Of a stretch of DNA of 64,000 nt, positions 40,922 to 50,949 are shown piece after piece. Below the pieces are notes generated by a model. It was not told the origin of the DNA, made no database searches, and saw only the letters and a program-made list of their open reading frames with translations. The stretch is from an uncultured Bdellovibrionales bacterium. Its GTDB lineage: Bacteria > Patescibacteriota > Minisyncoccia > Moranbacterales > DUUL01. Position 1 is the first letter of the stretch; every line of letters starts with the position of its first letter. Both the position numbers and the translations under genes were made by a program. The stretch covers positions 13,579-77,578 of the forward strand of contig CAYQVD010000002.1 of NCBI GenBank assembly GCA_964421125.1, given 5' to 3'.

Positions 40922-42169
40922 CTAAACACTCGGAATTGGAAATTCTGTGCAAAGTTTTTTTATTGCTTCTTTAACAGATTTCAACTCCTCTTCATTCTCA
41001 CGATTCATAATCGCCTTGTCAATTAACTCTGTAACTTTTTTTATTTCTTCCTCTTTCATGCCACGAGAAGTTGCAGCTGCTGTTCCGAAACGAACCCCAG
41101 AAGGATTCATTGGTGGATTTGGATCATTGGGAATTGTTGATCGACTCACAGAGATTCCAACTTTTTCAAGAACTTGTTCAGCTTCTTTTCCGCTCACTCC
41201 TTTGCTAGTCATGTCAGCCACAAAAAGATGATTGTCAGTTCCTCCAGAAATCACTCGATAACCTCTATCGATAAAATCTTCTGCCATTGTTTGTGCATTT
41301 AAAATAACTTGTTTTGCATAAACTTTAAAATCATCTTTCAAAACTTCGCCAAAAGCCACGGCCTTGGCAGCTGTAATGTGATCATGCGGTCCACCCTGCA
41401 TTCCAGGAAAAACTGCTCGATCAACTTGTTTAGCAAATTTCTCTTTACACATAATCATCGCTCCTCTTGGTCCTCGAAGAGTTTTGTGAGTGGTCGTTGA
41501 AACAACATCAAAAATCGGCACTGGATTCGCCATCTCTCCTGTCGCAATTAAACCAGCAGTATGAGCAATGTCAGCAAAAGTGAACGCTCCAATCTCATCA
41601 GCAATTTCTTGAAATTTTTCCCATTCAATTTCTCTTGAATAAGCACTATACCCAGCCACAATCATTTTTGGTTTTTCTTTCAGTGCAATTTCTCGAACTT
41701 TTGCCATATCAATTTTTCCAGTCTCTGAATCAACTTCGTATTGAACAAAATTATAAAGCATTCCAGAAAAATTCACTGGATGACCATGAGAAAGATGCCC
41801 ACCATGATCAAGTTTCAATCCCATCACTTTGTCTCCTGGCTTCAAAAATGCAAAATAAACCGCCGCATTGGCCGGAGAACCAGAAAGTGGCTGAACATTG
41901 ACATGCTCGGCATTAAAAAGCTTTTTTGCTCGATCAATTGCAATATTTTCTACTATATCAATCACTTGATTTCCTCCATAATATCGATGTCCTGGATACC
42001 CCTCACTGTATTTGTTTGTCAAAACTGTTCCCATTGCCTCCAAAACTGCCTTCGAAACATAATTCTCCGAAGCAATTAATTCCAGCTCATTAATTTGACG
42101 CTCCTCTTCCAGTTCCACCGCGTCCATTATCTCCTTATCCTCCTGCTCTAAATTTTGATAACTTGGCAT
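40922..42169 (-). CDS. glyA: Serine hydroxymethyltransferase
   Basis: LIASEN, NKYSEGYPGHRYYGG, TTTHKTLRGPRG, GGTDNH. Confidence 0.98.
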   Translation of the reverse strand: MPSYQNLEQEDKEIMDAVELEEERQINELELIASENYVSKAVLEAMGTVLTNKYSEGYPGHRYYGGNQVIDIVENIAIDRAKKLFNAEHVNVQPLSGSPANAAVYFAFLKPGDKVMGLKLDHGGHLSHGHPVNFSGMLYNFVQYEVDSETGKIDMAKVREIALKEKPKMIVAGYSAYSREIEWEKFQEIADEIGAFTFADIAHTAGLIATGEMANPVPIFDVVSTTTHKTLRGPRGAMIMCKEKFAKQVDRAVFPGMQGGPHDHITAAKAVAFGEVLKDDFKVYAKQVILNAQTMAEDFIDRGYRVISGGTDNHLFVADMTSKGVSGKEAEQVLEKVGISVSRSTIPNDPNPPMNPSGVRFGTAAATSRGMKEEEIKKVTELIDKAIMNRENEEELKSVKEAIKKLCTEFPIPSV

Positions 42170-42193
42170 AATATTAAAATTAATTTTAAAAAA

Positions 42194-42556
42194 TTACTTT
42201 GCATCTATTATTCTGTCTAATATTTCCTCTGCAATAGCCTTAAAAAACTCTGGCTTCCTCGTCCAATTAGATTCTTCTGATTTTTCTATCCATCTAATTA
42301 AGTCTTCAAGAGAATATTCTGCTACTACTTCCTTATTCTTTCCAAGACCTGAAAAAGAAATATTTTCTGTAAGTATAGTCTTTTGTATCTTCCCTATTTT
42401 ATCATAACCTCCACTATCATGAAGCCTTTTTTCGATATCATCCCTACTGGCACTCTCTTTTATATTATCACTTCCAAATTCTTCCCTTTGAGAGTTTTTT
42501 TCACCACTATTGAGATTAAGCTTTCCACCACTTTTAAAATCAAAAATTTCTGCCAT
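42194..42556 (-). CDS. Hypothetical protein
   Basis: 120-aa ORF. Confidence 0.65.
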   Translation of the reverse strand: MAEIFDFKSGGKLNLNSGEKNSQREEFGSDNIKESASRDDIEKRLHDSGGYDKIGKIQKTILTENISFSGLGKNKEVVAEYSLEDLIRWIEKSEESNWTRKPEFFKAIAEEILDRIIDAK

Positions 42557-42602
42557 TTATTTTCAGTTATTTAAGTTATTTTCTTAAAAACTATATTCAA
42601 TC

Positions 42603-42684
42603 AATTTAGATGTAGATAATGTATTTTCGAGGATCTCGCCATTCTGATGGCGTTGCGAGAAAAAATGTTATCTACATCTAAATT
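42603..42684 (+). repeat. ~70-bp palindromic repeat family, copy C
   Basis: aatttagatgtagataat...gttatctacatctaaatt, with variant inner stem cgccat-tctg-atggcg. Confidence 0.88.
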
Positions 42685-42716
42685 TAAAACTACTACAACT
42701 CTCTTAAAGAATAAAC

Positions 42717-43160
42717 CTAATCCCGAAACTGCGTTGTCTTATCAATTCCGAAAAAATAATACCACCAATAATAATAGTTAGGACGATTAACGGTGATTTC
42801 AGTTTCATTATCAACCTGAACTGGTTCAACTGCAATATCTTTTTCTTTTATCAAAACCAATTTTTCACCTTCTTTAACTAAATTTAATTTATCCTTCGTT
42901 TCTTTTTCCTTGAATTCATCTGTTTGAAAATAATCAATCAATCCTTGAAGATTTTTGTTGTCCTGATTTAATTTATCAATTTCTGCTTGAAGTTCTGCAA
43001 CTTCACGATTAACTTGCTTTTGCTTATAAGCCTCTTCTGAGTATTTAAAACCAATAAAAAATAACAAAGCAACACCAAAAAGTATCGCGATTCGAAATCC
43101 CAAATTCTTTAATAAAACACTACCTTTACGATCACGATTTTTTCGAGAACTCTTATTCAA
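42717..43160 (-). CDS. Septum formation initiator (FtsB/DivIC family)
   Basis: TM + coiled coil + KDKLNLVKEGEK motif. Confidence 0.8.
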   Translation of the reverse strand: MNKSSRKNRDRKGSVLLKNLGFRIAILFGVALLFFIGFKYSEEAYKQKQVNREVAELQAEIDKLNQDNKNLQGLIDYFQTDEFKEKETKDKLNLVKEGEKLVLIKEKDIAVEPVQVDNETEITVNRPNYYYWWYYFFGIDKTTQFRD

Positions 43161-43213
43161 CTTTTAATGTTTTTATAAATTATTTTTGAAAATAAACTTG
43201 TTTTAGAATCTCT

Positions 43214-43324
43214 CTACATTGACTGAAAAAGTGGAACTAAAGTGAAACCAACCATTCCAAGAATTCCAAGAAGGGAAATAATAATCCAAATTATTCTCAT
43301 TTTTTTTCTTGTTCTATTTACCAT
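43214..43324 (-). CDS. 36-aa single-TM small protein (not in ORF track)
   Basis: MVNRTRKKMRIIWIIISLLGILGMVGFTLVPLFQSM; basic N-terminus plus hydrophobic helix. Confidence 0.6.
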   Translation of the reverse strand: MVNRTRKKMRIIWIIISLLGILGMVGFTLVPLFQSM

Positions 43325-43463
43325 AATATAAAAATATTAACACACTTATTAAAAAGAATCTAGAATATTGAATTTTATTTTTAAACTCTCGCCCTTATTA
43401 TTTCACTATTTTTAATTCCCATTCTAAATTCAAAATTCTTAATTCAAGATTCCAATTAAGTTA

Positions 43464-43492
43464 TTGACTATCCCTGATTATCCTGTTAAAAT
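43464..43492 (+). promoter_or_regulatory. rpmH operon promoter
   Basis: TTGACT-17-TAAAAT. Confidence 0.65.
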
Positions 43493-43531
43493 CCGTATTA
43501 GTCAAATTTATTAAGTGATAATGTTATTCAT

Positions 43532-43669
43532 ATGCCAAAAAGAACATACCAACCAAAGAAAAAGAGGCGAATGCGACGACACGGATTCCTGAAAAGATCC
43601 AGTACTAATGATGGTCAAAAGGTCCTACAAAGAAGAAGACGAAAAGGACGAAAAAAGTTAACAGTTTAA
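43532..43669 (+). CDS. rpmH: 50S ribosomal protein L34 (not in ORF track)
   Basis: [22 protein letters not shown]...[12 protein letters not shown]; precedes rnpA. Confidence 0.97.
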   Translation: MPKRTYQPKKKRRMRRHGFLKRSSTNDGQKVLQRRRRKGRKKLTV

Positions 43670-43701
43670 ACTAAGCCTCTAAAGCTTGGTAATTTTTCTT
43701 T

Positions 43702-44061
43702 ATGTTATCAGAAAAATATAGACTAAAGAGCAAGAAAGAAATTGATCAATTATTCAAGAACGGCAAAGCTGTAAGAAACAGTTTTTTGTTTTTGAAGTAT
43801 AAAGAAAATAATATTGAAAATTCCCACTTTGCCTTTTCTATTGGATTAAAATACTCCAAAAAAGCCGTTGAAAGGAATAAGATGAAAAGAATCCTAAGAG
43901 AAGCAATTCGGCCATTTATTCAGGATATTAAACCTGGATTTGATGGAACATTTTTTCTTTCAAGTGGATTAAATCCTGACAAAAAAAAGATTACTTTAAA
44001 GGAAGCTCAAATCGCAATTGAAGGAGCTCTTGAAAAAGCAAATTTAATAATAACAAAATAA
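43702..44061 (+). CDS. rnpA: RNase P protein component
   Basis: RLKSKKEI, KAVERNKMKRILRE (RNR-type motif). Confidence 0.93.
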   Translation: MLSEKYRLKSKKEIDQLFKNGKAVRNSFLFLKYKENNIENSHFAFSIGLKYSKKAVERNKMKRILREAIRPFIQDIKPGFDGTFFLSSGLNPDKKKITLKEAQIAIEGALEKANLIITK

Positions 44062-44070
44062 AAAAACTAA

Positions 44071-44838
44071 ATGTTTGAATTGATCAGCAACATGTTTACT
44101 ACAGCTCTTTATCAACCATTATTCAATGCACTTATAATGATTTACAATATTATTCCTGACATGGGAGTAAGTATTATTATCATAACCGTAATAATTAGAA
44201 TCATTCTTCTTCCTCTTTCTAAAAAAGCGATAGAATCTCAGAAGAAAATGCAAGAAATTCAGCCTGAATTAAAAGAGATTCAAGAAAAATACAAAGACAA
44301 CAAACAAAAAAAGAGTGAAGAGATGATGAAGTTCTACAAAGAAAAGAAAGTAAATCCAGCCGCTGGTTGTCTTCCTCTTATTGTTCAATTAGTTATTCTT
44401 ATTGCGCTATATCGAGTTTTTCTTAACGCTAGTGTAGAATTCGATAGTCACTTGCTATATAGTTTCGTTACCGATCCAGAATCAATTAACAAAATTGCCT
44501 TTGGATTCATTGACATCACTGTAAGAAGTATTCCACTTGCAATTATCGCAGCTGGATTACAATTCTGGCAGACTAAGATGATGATGGCTAAACAAAAAAA
44601 GATTCAGAAGCCAAAAAAAGATTCAGGAAGTCCAGATTTTGGATCAATTATGCAACAACAAATGCTTTTTATTGCTCCAATCATGACTTTTGTTATTGGA
44701 CTTACCTTCCCTGCGGCTCTTCCAATTTACTGGATAGTAACAACTATATTCATGATCGGACAACAATATCACATTATGCATAAAGAAAATAAAGAAAAAG
44801 ACAGTTCCGAAAAACCAAAATTAGATCCTGTAAAATAA
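44071..44838 (+). CDS. yidC: Membrane protein insertase YidC/Oxa1 (short form)
   Basis: IRIILLPL, QPELKEIQEKYK, NPAAGCLP, LPIYW. Confidence 0.93.
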   Translation: MFELISNMFTTALYQPLFNALIMIYNIIPDMGVSIIIITVIIRIILLPLSKKAIESQKKMQEIQPELKEIQEKYKDNKQKKSEEMMKFYKEKKVNPAAGCLPLIVQLVILIALYRVFLNASVEFDSHLLYSFVTDPESINKIAFGFIDITVRSIPLAIIAAGLQFWQTKMMMAKQKKIQKPKKDSGSPDFGSIMQQQMLFIAPIMTFVIGLTFPAALPIYWIVTTIFMIGQQYHIMHKENKEKDSSEKPKLDPVK

Positions 44839-44865
44839 CTTATAAAAAGTTTTAATATTACTATT

Positions 44866-45333
44866 ATGGAAAATGAAGAAAAAAAGAAATCTCTTGAAAG
44901 CATCACAAAAGAACTATTAGAAAAAATGGACATTCAAGGAACTGTCTATATTGCCGAAAATGCAGTTTCAGAAGATGGTGCAATTTCAATCGAAATACAA
45001 ACTAGTGATTCAAGCTATCTAATCGGTAGAGGAGGAATAAATCTTTCAGCCCTGCAACACATTATTCGAATTCTTGCTCGAAAAAAAATCGGCGAACAAA
45101 TGCAATTCACTGTTGATGTTAATGGATACCGAGATGATCAAAAACAAATCCTCATTGATAAAACTCAAGAAGTAATTAAAGAAATACGAAATAGAAAAAA
45201 ACCAATAGAACTGTCTCCGATGAATTCTTACGAAAGAAGAATTGTTCATATGGAAATTTCAAAAAATTCAGACGTTGAATCCGATAGCATTGGAGAAGAT
45301 GAGGAACGAAGAGTAGTAGTTAAACTAGCTTAA
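44866..45333 (+). CDS. jag: KH + R3H RNA-binding protein (Jag/KhpB, no Jag_N domain)
   Basis: LIGRGG.NLSALQH, DVNGYR, PMNSYERRIVH, SIGEDEERRVV. Confidence 0.88.
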   Translation: MENEEKKKSLESITKELLEKMDIQGTVYIAENAVSEDGAISIEIQTSDSSYLIGRGGINLSALQHIIRILARKKIGEQMQFTVDVNGYRDDQKQILIDKTQEVIKEIRNRKKPIELSPMNSYERRIVHMEISKNSDVESDSIGEDEERRVVVKLA

Positions 45334-45373
45334 TTCTTTTCTCGTTCACAAAACATTTCAAAAAAACAAATAC

Positions 45374-45495
45374 AGGAATCACACGTTTGAGTGCAGTTCG
45401 AGGCAAAAACGAGCATTTAAGCAAAGCTGTATCATTTATACAGCGAGCGAGAAGCGCAGTTTTTAACAAAGAAATGTGCCAAACGTGTAATTCCT
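45374..45495. repeat. ~120-bp GC-richer multi-stem element (MITE-like or structured RNA)
   Basis: Terminal IR aggaatcacacgtttg / caaacgtgtaattcct; inner hairpin gctgtat-cattt-atacagc. Confidence 0.6.
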
Positions 45496-45523
45496 AAAAT
45501 ATAAATTTTAAATAAACTACATA

Positions 45524-46945
45524 ATGTCAGTTCCAAGAAAAATTGCTTATAATGTAATTTTTTCATCATCGGCAAAGATTTTGAGCACTATTGTCGCGTT
45601 GATTGGAATTGGTCTTATTACAAGATATCTTGGACAAGAAGGTTTTGGTCGTTATGCGACCGCTCTTGCCTTTCTATCTCTTTTCGGTGCACTAGGAGAT
45701 TGGGGAATCTATCAAGTTGCTACTCTCCGAATTTCCCGTGATAAAGCTGATGAAAGAAAAGTACTTTCTAACGCCATGGGACTTCGAATTACAGTTTCTC
45801 TAGCTGTTATTATCATTGCTCCATTAATAATCTATATTCTTCCTTACGGAAAAGAACTAAAAATCGCTCTGATTTTTATTGCATTTTCTTACGCATTTTC
45901 TTCTTTCTATCAAGTAATTGTTGGACTTTTTCAAAAAAAGCTCCGAATGGACCTCGTGACTGGTTCAGAATTAATAGGAAAAATTATCCAAGTATCATTA
46001 ATCGTTATTGGAGTAATGAACGATTGGGGATTCTATTTTATTATCATCACACTGTTGATTAACATGATTATTAATTTTACCTTTGTCTTCCTGATATCAC
46101 GGAAATTCATCAAATTCAAACCAGCTTTTGACTTCACTTACTGGAAAAACTTCTTGAAACAATCTATTCCAATCGGACTTGCCGCTCTAGTAACTTTTAT
46201 CTATTTTAAAGCCGACACAATCCTTCTTTCATTAATGAAACCAGCAGAAGATGTTGGAACTTATGGAGCTGCTTATAAGGTCATTGAAAACATCAGTTTC
46301 TTCCCTGCTATGATTGTCGGTCTAACCCTTCCATTACTTTCTTATAATATCTTTAAAAATCGAGAAAAATTTAAAAATATTGTTAATAAAAATTTCAAAG
46401 TTTTTCTAATCTTAGTTATTCCACTAATTATCGGGACATTCTTTCTCGCCGATGGAATTATTGCTATTATTGCTGGACCAGAATTCGCAGAATCTGCCAT
46501 TGTCCTTAAAATAATAATTTTCGCATCTGCTTTTATTTTCTTTGGACACCTCTTCACAAACATTCTTCTTTCTGCCAATCTCCAAAAAAAACTTTTTATT
46601 GTTTTGTTTTTTTGCGCAATTTTTAATATTACATTAAATTTAATTCTGATCCCTAAGTTCTCCTATCTCGCCACTGCTAGCATTTCCGTTGCAACAGAAT
46701 TTCTAGTTATTATGCTAACAGGATTCTTAATCTATCGAAATCTCAAATTTATTCCAAGCTCCAACAAAATTATTCAAATCATTATCTCAGGAGTTTTAAT
46801 GACACTTTTTTTATGGTTCACTCAAGACATTAACTTCTTCCTTCGTCTTCTTGTCAGCCCTATGATTTATTTTGGAAGTTTAATCATTTTAAATGTCATC
46901 TCTAAAAATGAAATTCTTTCATTTGTCAAAAAAGACGCGTCCTAA
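45524..46945 (+). CDS. Polysaccharide flippase (Wzx/MOP family)
   Basis: ITRYLGQEGFGRY, D.ILLS, VGTYGAAYK, LNLILIP; 12-14 TMs. Confidence 0.88.
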   Translation: MSVPRKIAYNVIFSSSAKILSTIVALIGIGLITRYLGQEGFGRYATALAFLSLFGALGDWGIYQVATLRISRDKADERKVLSNAMGLRITVSLAVIIIAPLIIYILPYGKELKIALIFIAFSYAFSSFYQVIVGLFQKKLRMDLVTGSELIGKIIQVSLIVIGVMNDWGFYFIIITLLINMIINFTFVFLISRKFIKFKPAFDFTYWKNFLKQSIPIGLAALVTFIYFKADTILLSLMKPAEDVGTYGAAYKVIENISFFPAMIVGLTLPLLSYNIFKNREKFKNIVNKNFKVFLILVIPLIIGTFFLADGIIAIIAGPEFAESAIVLKIIIFASAFIFFGHLFTNILLSANLQKKLFIVLFFCAIFNITLNLILIPKFSYLATASISVATEFLVIMLTGFLIYRNLKFIPSSNKIIQIIISGVLMTLFLWFTQDINFFLRLLVSPMIYFGSLIILNVISKNEILSFVKKDAS

Positions 46946-47007
46946 ATTAAAAATTAAAACAAAAAAGCAATTTTTAAAAATCCTGCTAAATTAAGATATT
47001 TCGTCTC

Positions 47008-47919
47008 ATGAAAAAATTCTCTATTGCAATTATTATAGTTGGTTTCAATAACGAAAAGACTATTCGGGAGTGTCTCTATTCCCTATTTAAAAATTTTTTA
47101 GGTAAAACCCCCATAAAAGGCAGGATAATTTTCATTGATAATAATTCTTCTGATAAAACCATAAAAGCTGTATTAAAATTAAAAGAATTTTACCCTCATC
47201 TTGATATCATTAAAAATAAAACAAATTTTGGATTTGCAAAAGCTGTGAATCAAGGAATTAAAATTGCTCAGAAAAAATATAATCCTAATTTTTTTATGCT
47301 TCTGAATCCAGATGCAAAGATTGAAACAGAAGGACTAATCAATAAAGCCGTTGAAAGAATTAAAAATTTCTCAAAACCAATTATCGTTTCTCCAAAAATA
47401 ACAAAGGCTTATACTGAAGACCCAATCGATTCATTGAAAAATAAAAAGGAAGTTTGGTTTGAAGGAGGAAGAATAGATTGGCTTAAACAAAAAGTTATTC
47501 ACGAGCCTTCCAATATCTCTGATATTAGAAGCGGAAAATGTTTTCAATCAGATTTCATCTCCGGCTGTGCTATGATTTTCAATAAAAAAACAATAGAAAA
47601 AATTGGACTATTTGATGAAAAATTTTTCCTCTTTTATGAAGACGCCGATTTTTGCCTCCGAACAAAAAAAGTTGGAGGAAAATTAGTGGTTTTTCCTGAC
47701 CTAAAAATATGTCATATCGAATCGGCCTCTTTCTCAAAAAAAGACATCAAGACATACCACCTTGTTAAAAGTGGATTGCTTTTCTTTCATAAACATTCCT
47801 CTAAAAAACTTCTTCTTTTTTTCTGGATAAAATTCTATGCAAGACTCTTTTATCATAAATTTTTTTCCAAGAAAAAAATTGTCTTCAAGGCAATGAAAAA
47901 CTTCAAAGAGGAAATTTAA
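47008..47919 (+). CDS. Glycosyltransferase family 2
   Basis: IDNNSSD, NFGFAKAVNQG, LLNPD, SGCAM, FDEKFFLFYEDADFC. Confidence 0.92.
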   Translation: MKKFSIAIIIVGFNNEKTIRECLYSLFKNFLGKTPIKGRIIFIDNNSSDKTIKAVLKLKEFYPHLDIIKNKTNFGFAKAVNQGIKIAQKKYNPNFFMLLNPDAKIETEGLINKAVERIKNFSKPIIVSPKITKAYTEDPIDSLKNKKEVWFEGGRIDWLKQKVIHEPSNISDIRSGKCFQSDFISGCAMIFNKKTIEKIGLFDEKFFLFYEDADFCLRTKKVGGKLVVFPDLKICHIESASFSKKDIKTYHLVKSGLLFFHKHSSKKLLLFFWIKFYARLFYHKFFSKKKIVFKAMKNFKEEI

Positions 47920-47962
47920 AAAAGTGTGCTATAATAAATCCACCTTCATAACAAGACTAGCT

Positions 47963-48037
47963 GAATTGTAGATAATGTATTTTCGAGAGCATGACATTCT
48001 AATGAAATTTTTCGAGAAAATATGTTATCTACATTTC
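47963..48037 (+). repeat. ~70-bp palindromic repeat family, copy D
   Basis: tgtagataatgtattttcgagagcatgacattctaatgaaatttttcgagaaaatatgttatctaca. Confidence 0.9.
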
Positions 48038-48095
48038 AATCGCTAATCTCATTCGATATTTTAAATAATAGTTTACTAATCTAAATATAAAAAAC

Positions 48096-49337
48096 ATGAA
48101 GAATAAAAAAATAATGTATTGGGGTATTTTTTTTATTATAATTATCGTTTTAATTATGTTCTTTTTTATTTTTAAAAAAAATAAATCCAAACCAGTTATT
48201 ACTCAGCAAACACAAGAAATCACTAAAGAAACAGACTTAATCCCCTATAATTTACCAGAAAATGCTTCAAAAATTACCGGACTTTCATGTGAAAATAATG
48301 ATAAACGTCCTTTTGCTATTATGTATTCAGGAGATCGAAGTGCCAGAAAATATTTCTCTAGTCTTTCATTAGCAGATTTCGTTCTTGAAATGCCACATCG
48401 ACCGATGCATGGACAGCCAAGACTTATGGGAGTTTTTCAATGTAATACTCCCGAGATTGTTGGTCCAATGCGTTCTGGAAGAACTGATCATATTTCTGTT
48501 GCTGGCTCTCTTGATGCTATTTATGTTCCATGGGGAGGATCAAGTGTTGGAAAAGCATTATTAACAAAAGGAGTTATTGACCATATTGATTGCAATGGTG
48601 AAGTAGCCCCAGCTGGAGGATCAGCTTGTTTTAGAAGATCAGGCCCAATGAGCACACTTGAAAGTGCTTCATCAAGCATTCCTAAATTAATTAAAAGAGC
48701 TGAGGAAGTTGGATACCGAAAAGAAACTCAAGTAATTGGATTTAATCACCAAGGAGACCTACCTCTGGAAGAACGACCGGAATATGCAAGAGTGCGAGTT
48801 AAATTTGAAAAACCCTCTGACGTTGAATATCTTTATGATAAAGAAACAAATTCATATCTAAGATTCTTTGACGACGCATCCGACATCGACTATGCAACCA
48901 AGAAACAATATGCTCCAAAAAATCTAATTACTATCATCACAAAAAAAGATGCATGGTTGACAGACACTGACTACGTTGCGCAAGGATTAAAAGATCCATG
49001 GGACGGAACAGATACAGCACATCGAGAAAGAGAAGATGGACAATATCCAAACATGCAACTTGGAGATCCTTGGTTTGATACAAAATACGAAGGAGAAGCA
49101 GAATTCTTTTTCAATGGTCAACACATCAAAGGAATTTGGAAAAGAGAAAAAGGGATTGATGAGCCGTTTCAATTTTTCGATGAAGAAGGCAAAGATATTC
49201 ACTTCGCTCCAGGTCAAGTCTGGATGCATGTCCTTGGTCATTCCAGAACAGTTAGCTATGAAGATGAGACTGAATACCAAGAACGTCTTGAAGATGAAAC
49301 CAAAAAAACATCCTTCACGGATTCACAGGAATTATAG
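48096..49337 (+). CDS. DUF3048 family membrane-anchored protein
   Basis: ITGL, RPFAIM, LSLADFVLE, VGPMRSGR, GQVW motifs. Confidence 0.8.
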   Translation: MKNKKIMYWGIFFIIIIVLIMFFFIFKKNKSKPVITQQTQEITKETDLIPYNLPENASKITGLSCENNDKRPFAIMYSGDRSARKYFSSLSLADFVLEMPHRPMHGQPRLMGVFQCNTPEIVGPMRSGRTDHISVAGSLDAIYVPWGGSSVGKALLTKGVIDHIDCNGEVAPAGGSACFRRSGPMSTLESASSSIPKLIKRAEEVGYRKETQVIGFNHQGDLPLEERPEYARVRVKFEKPSDVEYLYDKETNSYLRFFDDASDIDYATKKQYAPKNLITIITKKDAWLTDTDYVAQGLKDPWDGTDTAHREREDGQYPNMQLGDPWFDTKYEGEAEFFFNGQHIKGIWKREKGIDEPFQFFDEEGKDIHFAPGQVWMHVLGHSRTVSYEDETEYQERLEDETKKTSFTDSQEL

Positions 49338-49359
49338 AACTACAAAGACTGCAATATTT

Positions 49360-49392
49360 AAAAAGCATTCTCAATACAGAGAATGCTTTTTT
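49360..49392. terminator. Bidirectional terminator
   Basis: aaaaagcattctc-aataca-gagaatgcttttt between convergent genes. Confidence 0.75.
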
Positions 49393-49527
49393 GTCATTAA
49401 TATTGATTTTTAGTTTATCATTATTATCTCGAAATATTTTTTAAAGACCTTTTATAGTAGGGAGAATCTGTGCTTTTATTAGATTTATATCACCATCAAG
49501 AAAATCTTCAAATTGATTAGAAAATTA

Positions 49528-50571
49528 TTATATAATCCCAAATAATAAGCAAACTCCCATTCCCAACATAATAATACCGGCTATCAAGTGCAAAATTTTT
49601 AGATTATTACTTCTTTTTTCTTCTGCTTTTTTTATATTCATTCCAAAATATGCACCTAGTGTAATTCCTACCATAGGTAAAACAAAAATTAAATTATATA
49701 AAACTAATAACCAAATTGCTTTAAAATAACTTGTTTTATGTCCTAACATACCAATAATTATAATATAAGGACCACTAGTACAAGGCAATAAAAACAAACT
49801 CACTACAAATCCAGTTAAAAACGCTCCAATAGGATTAGTAATTGAATGAATTAATCCTTTTAATTTTGGACGCCAACTCATTGGTACCTCCATGAGAAAT
49901 CCTTTATTATACCAAAAAAAATCTTTAAGATTAAAGATTCCCAATAGAATAGCAATGATCCCAATAATTTTCATAAAAATTTGAGATGTTTTGACGCCGG
50001 CAATAATTGAATAAAAACCTAATCCCATTAAAAAATAGGAAATAAAAATAGACAAAGTAAAGGCTAATCCAGAAAAAAGTGCTCTTTTTCTTTGTCCAGA
50101 AGCTAATACTGTAGTCATTAAAATAAATAATACTGCAAAAGCACATGGATTAATAGCGTCCACTAAAGATGCACCAATTAAAACAGGTATCGTTAAATCT
50201 CGCGAAAAACTTTCTTTAGTTTCTTTTGTTGTTTCAGTTTTTTTATCTTTATTTTCTAGATAACCAACAATTTGTTTATCGCCAATGAAACATTCATTTC
50301 CAGCATATAAAAAAGGTACTCCTCTATCCATAAGTCCAATACCCTCTTGTTCACAAAGCAAATTAAACTCCTCCGCATTTTTTGAATTTTGATAAATTTC
50401 TTTTTGTATAATTTTTCCTTCTAAATTATTTTCTTTAATAAATTTTTCTACTTGCCCACAATGTGGACAACCCTGTCCATAATATAAAATAGGCTCTTTC
50501 CCCTCATTAGCAAAGGTAATTTGAAAAAAAGTAAAAAAAACAAAAAACAAAATAATAATTTTTTTAGTCAT
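49528..50571 (-). CDS. Glutaredoxin-like (CPHC) + CcdA-like membrane protein; paralog of 29719-30984
   Basis: GCPHC, GVPF, DAINPCAFAV, LLPCTSGPY. Confidence 0.82.
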   Translation of the reverse strand: MTKKIIILFFVFFTFFQITFANEGKEPILYYGQGCPHCGQVEKFIKENNLEGKIIQKEIYQNSKNAEEFNLLCEQEGIGLMDRGVPFLYAGNECFIGDKQIVGYLENKDKKTETTKETKESFSRDLTIPVLIGASLVDAINPCAFAVLFILMTTVLASGQRKRALFSGLAFTLSIFISYFLMGLGFYSIIAGVKTSQIFMKIIGIIAILLGIFNLKDFFWYNKGFLMEVPMSWRPKLKGLIHSITNPIGAFLTGFVVSLFLLPCTSGPYIIIIGMLGHKTSYFKAIWLLVLYNLIFVLPMVGITLGAYFGMNIKKAEEKRSNNLKILHLIAGIIMLGMGVCLLFGII

Positions 50572-50763
50572 AATAAATATTTTCTAAATTAATAAATCTA
50601 CTTACTTAATTTATATTACCATATATTCTAATCTTTTATTTTATTATATGGAATTGCTTTTTAAAATTATTTTTATACTGTTTTGTGTAATATTTTTTTA
50701 GTCATATTGTATTATATTTTTTATAATTTAAATCTTATCTAAAACCGAGCGAAGTAAGGTCTT

Positions 50764-50945
50764 AGAAAACGTTCGCGTGTCATCTGAAGTTTTTATCCCC
50801 TTTTAGCAAGATAAATTTAAATCATCAAACACACGTTCTTTATTAAACTCCGCCCAAACTCTCATCAAAACAAAAGGATGAAAATTTGGACAGAAGAAAA
50901 TTGACAATCCTTTAAAATATTAACTGTCAATTTTCTGTAGCCAAA
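50764..50945 (-). mobile_element. attC-like remnant homologous to the attC at 62431-62573
   Basis: Minus strand ggctacagaaaatt..aattttcttc..ccaaattt..aaaacttc..aacGTT shares blocks, in order, with attC1. Confidence 0.65.
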
Positions 50946-50949
50946 TATA

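Noticed and set aside
35258-48037. Repeats as a CRISPR array
   Set aside because: Copies are ~70 bp, dispersed kilobases apart, with no regular spacers and no cas genes
49338-49527. Closing attC for the thioredoxin/CcdA gene after the orphan attI
   Set aside because: No R'' complementary to GTTTTCT or attC-like stem found; only an ordinary bidirectional terminator
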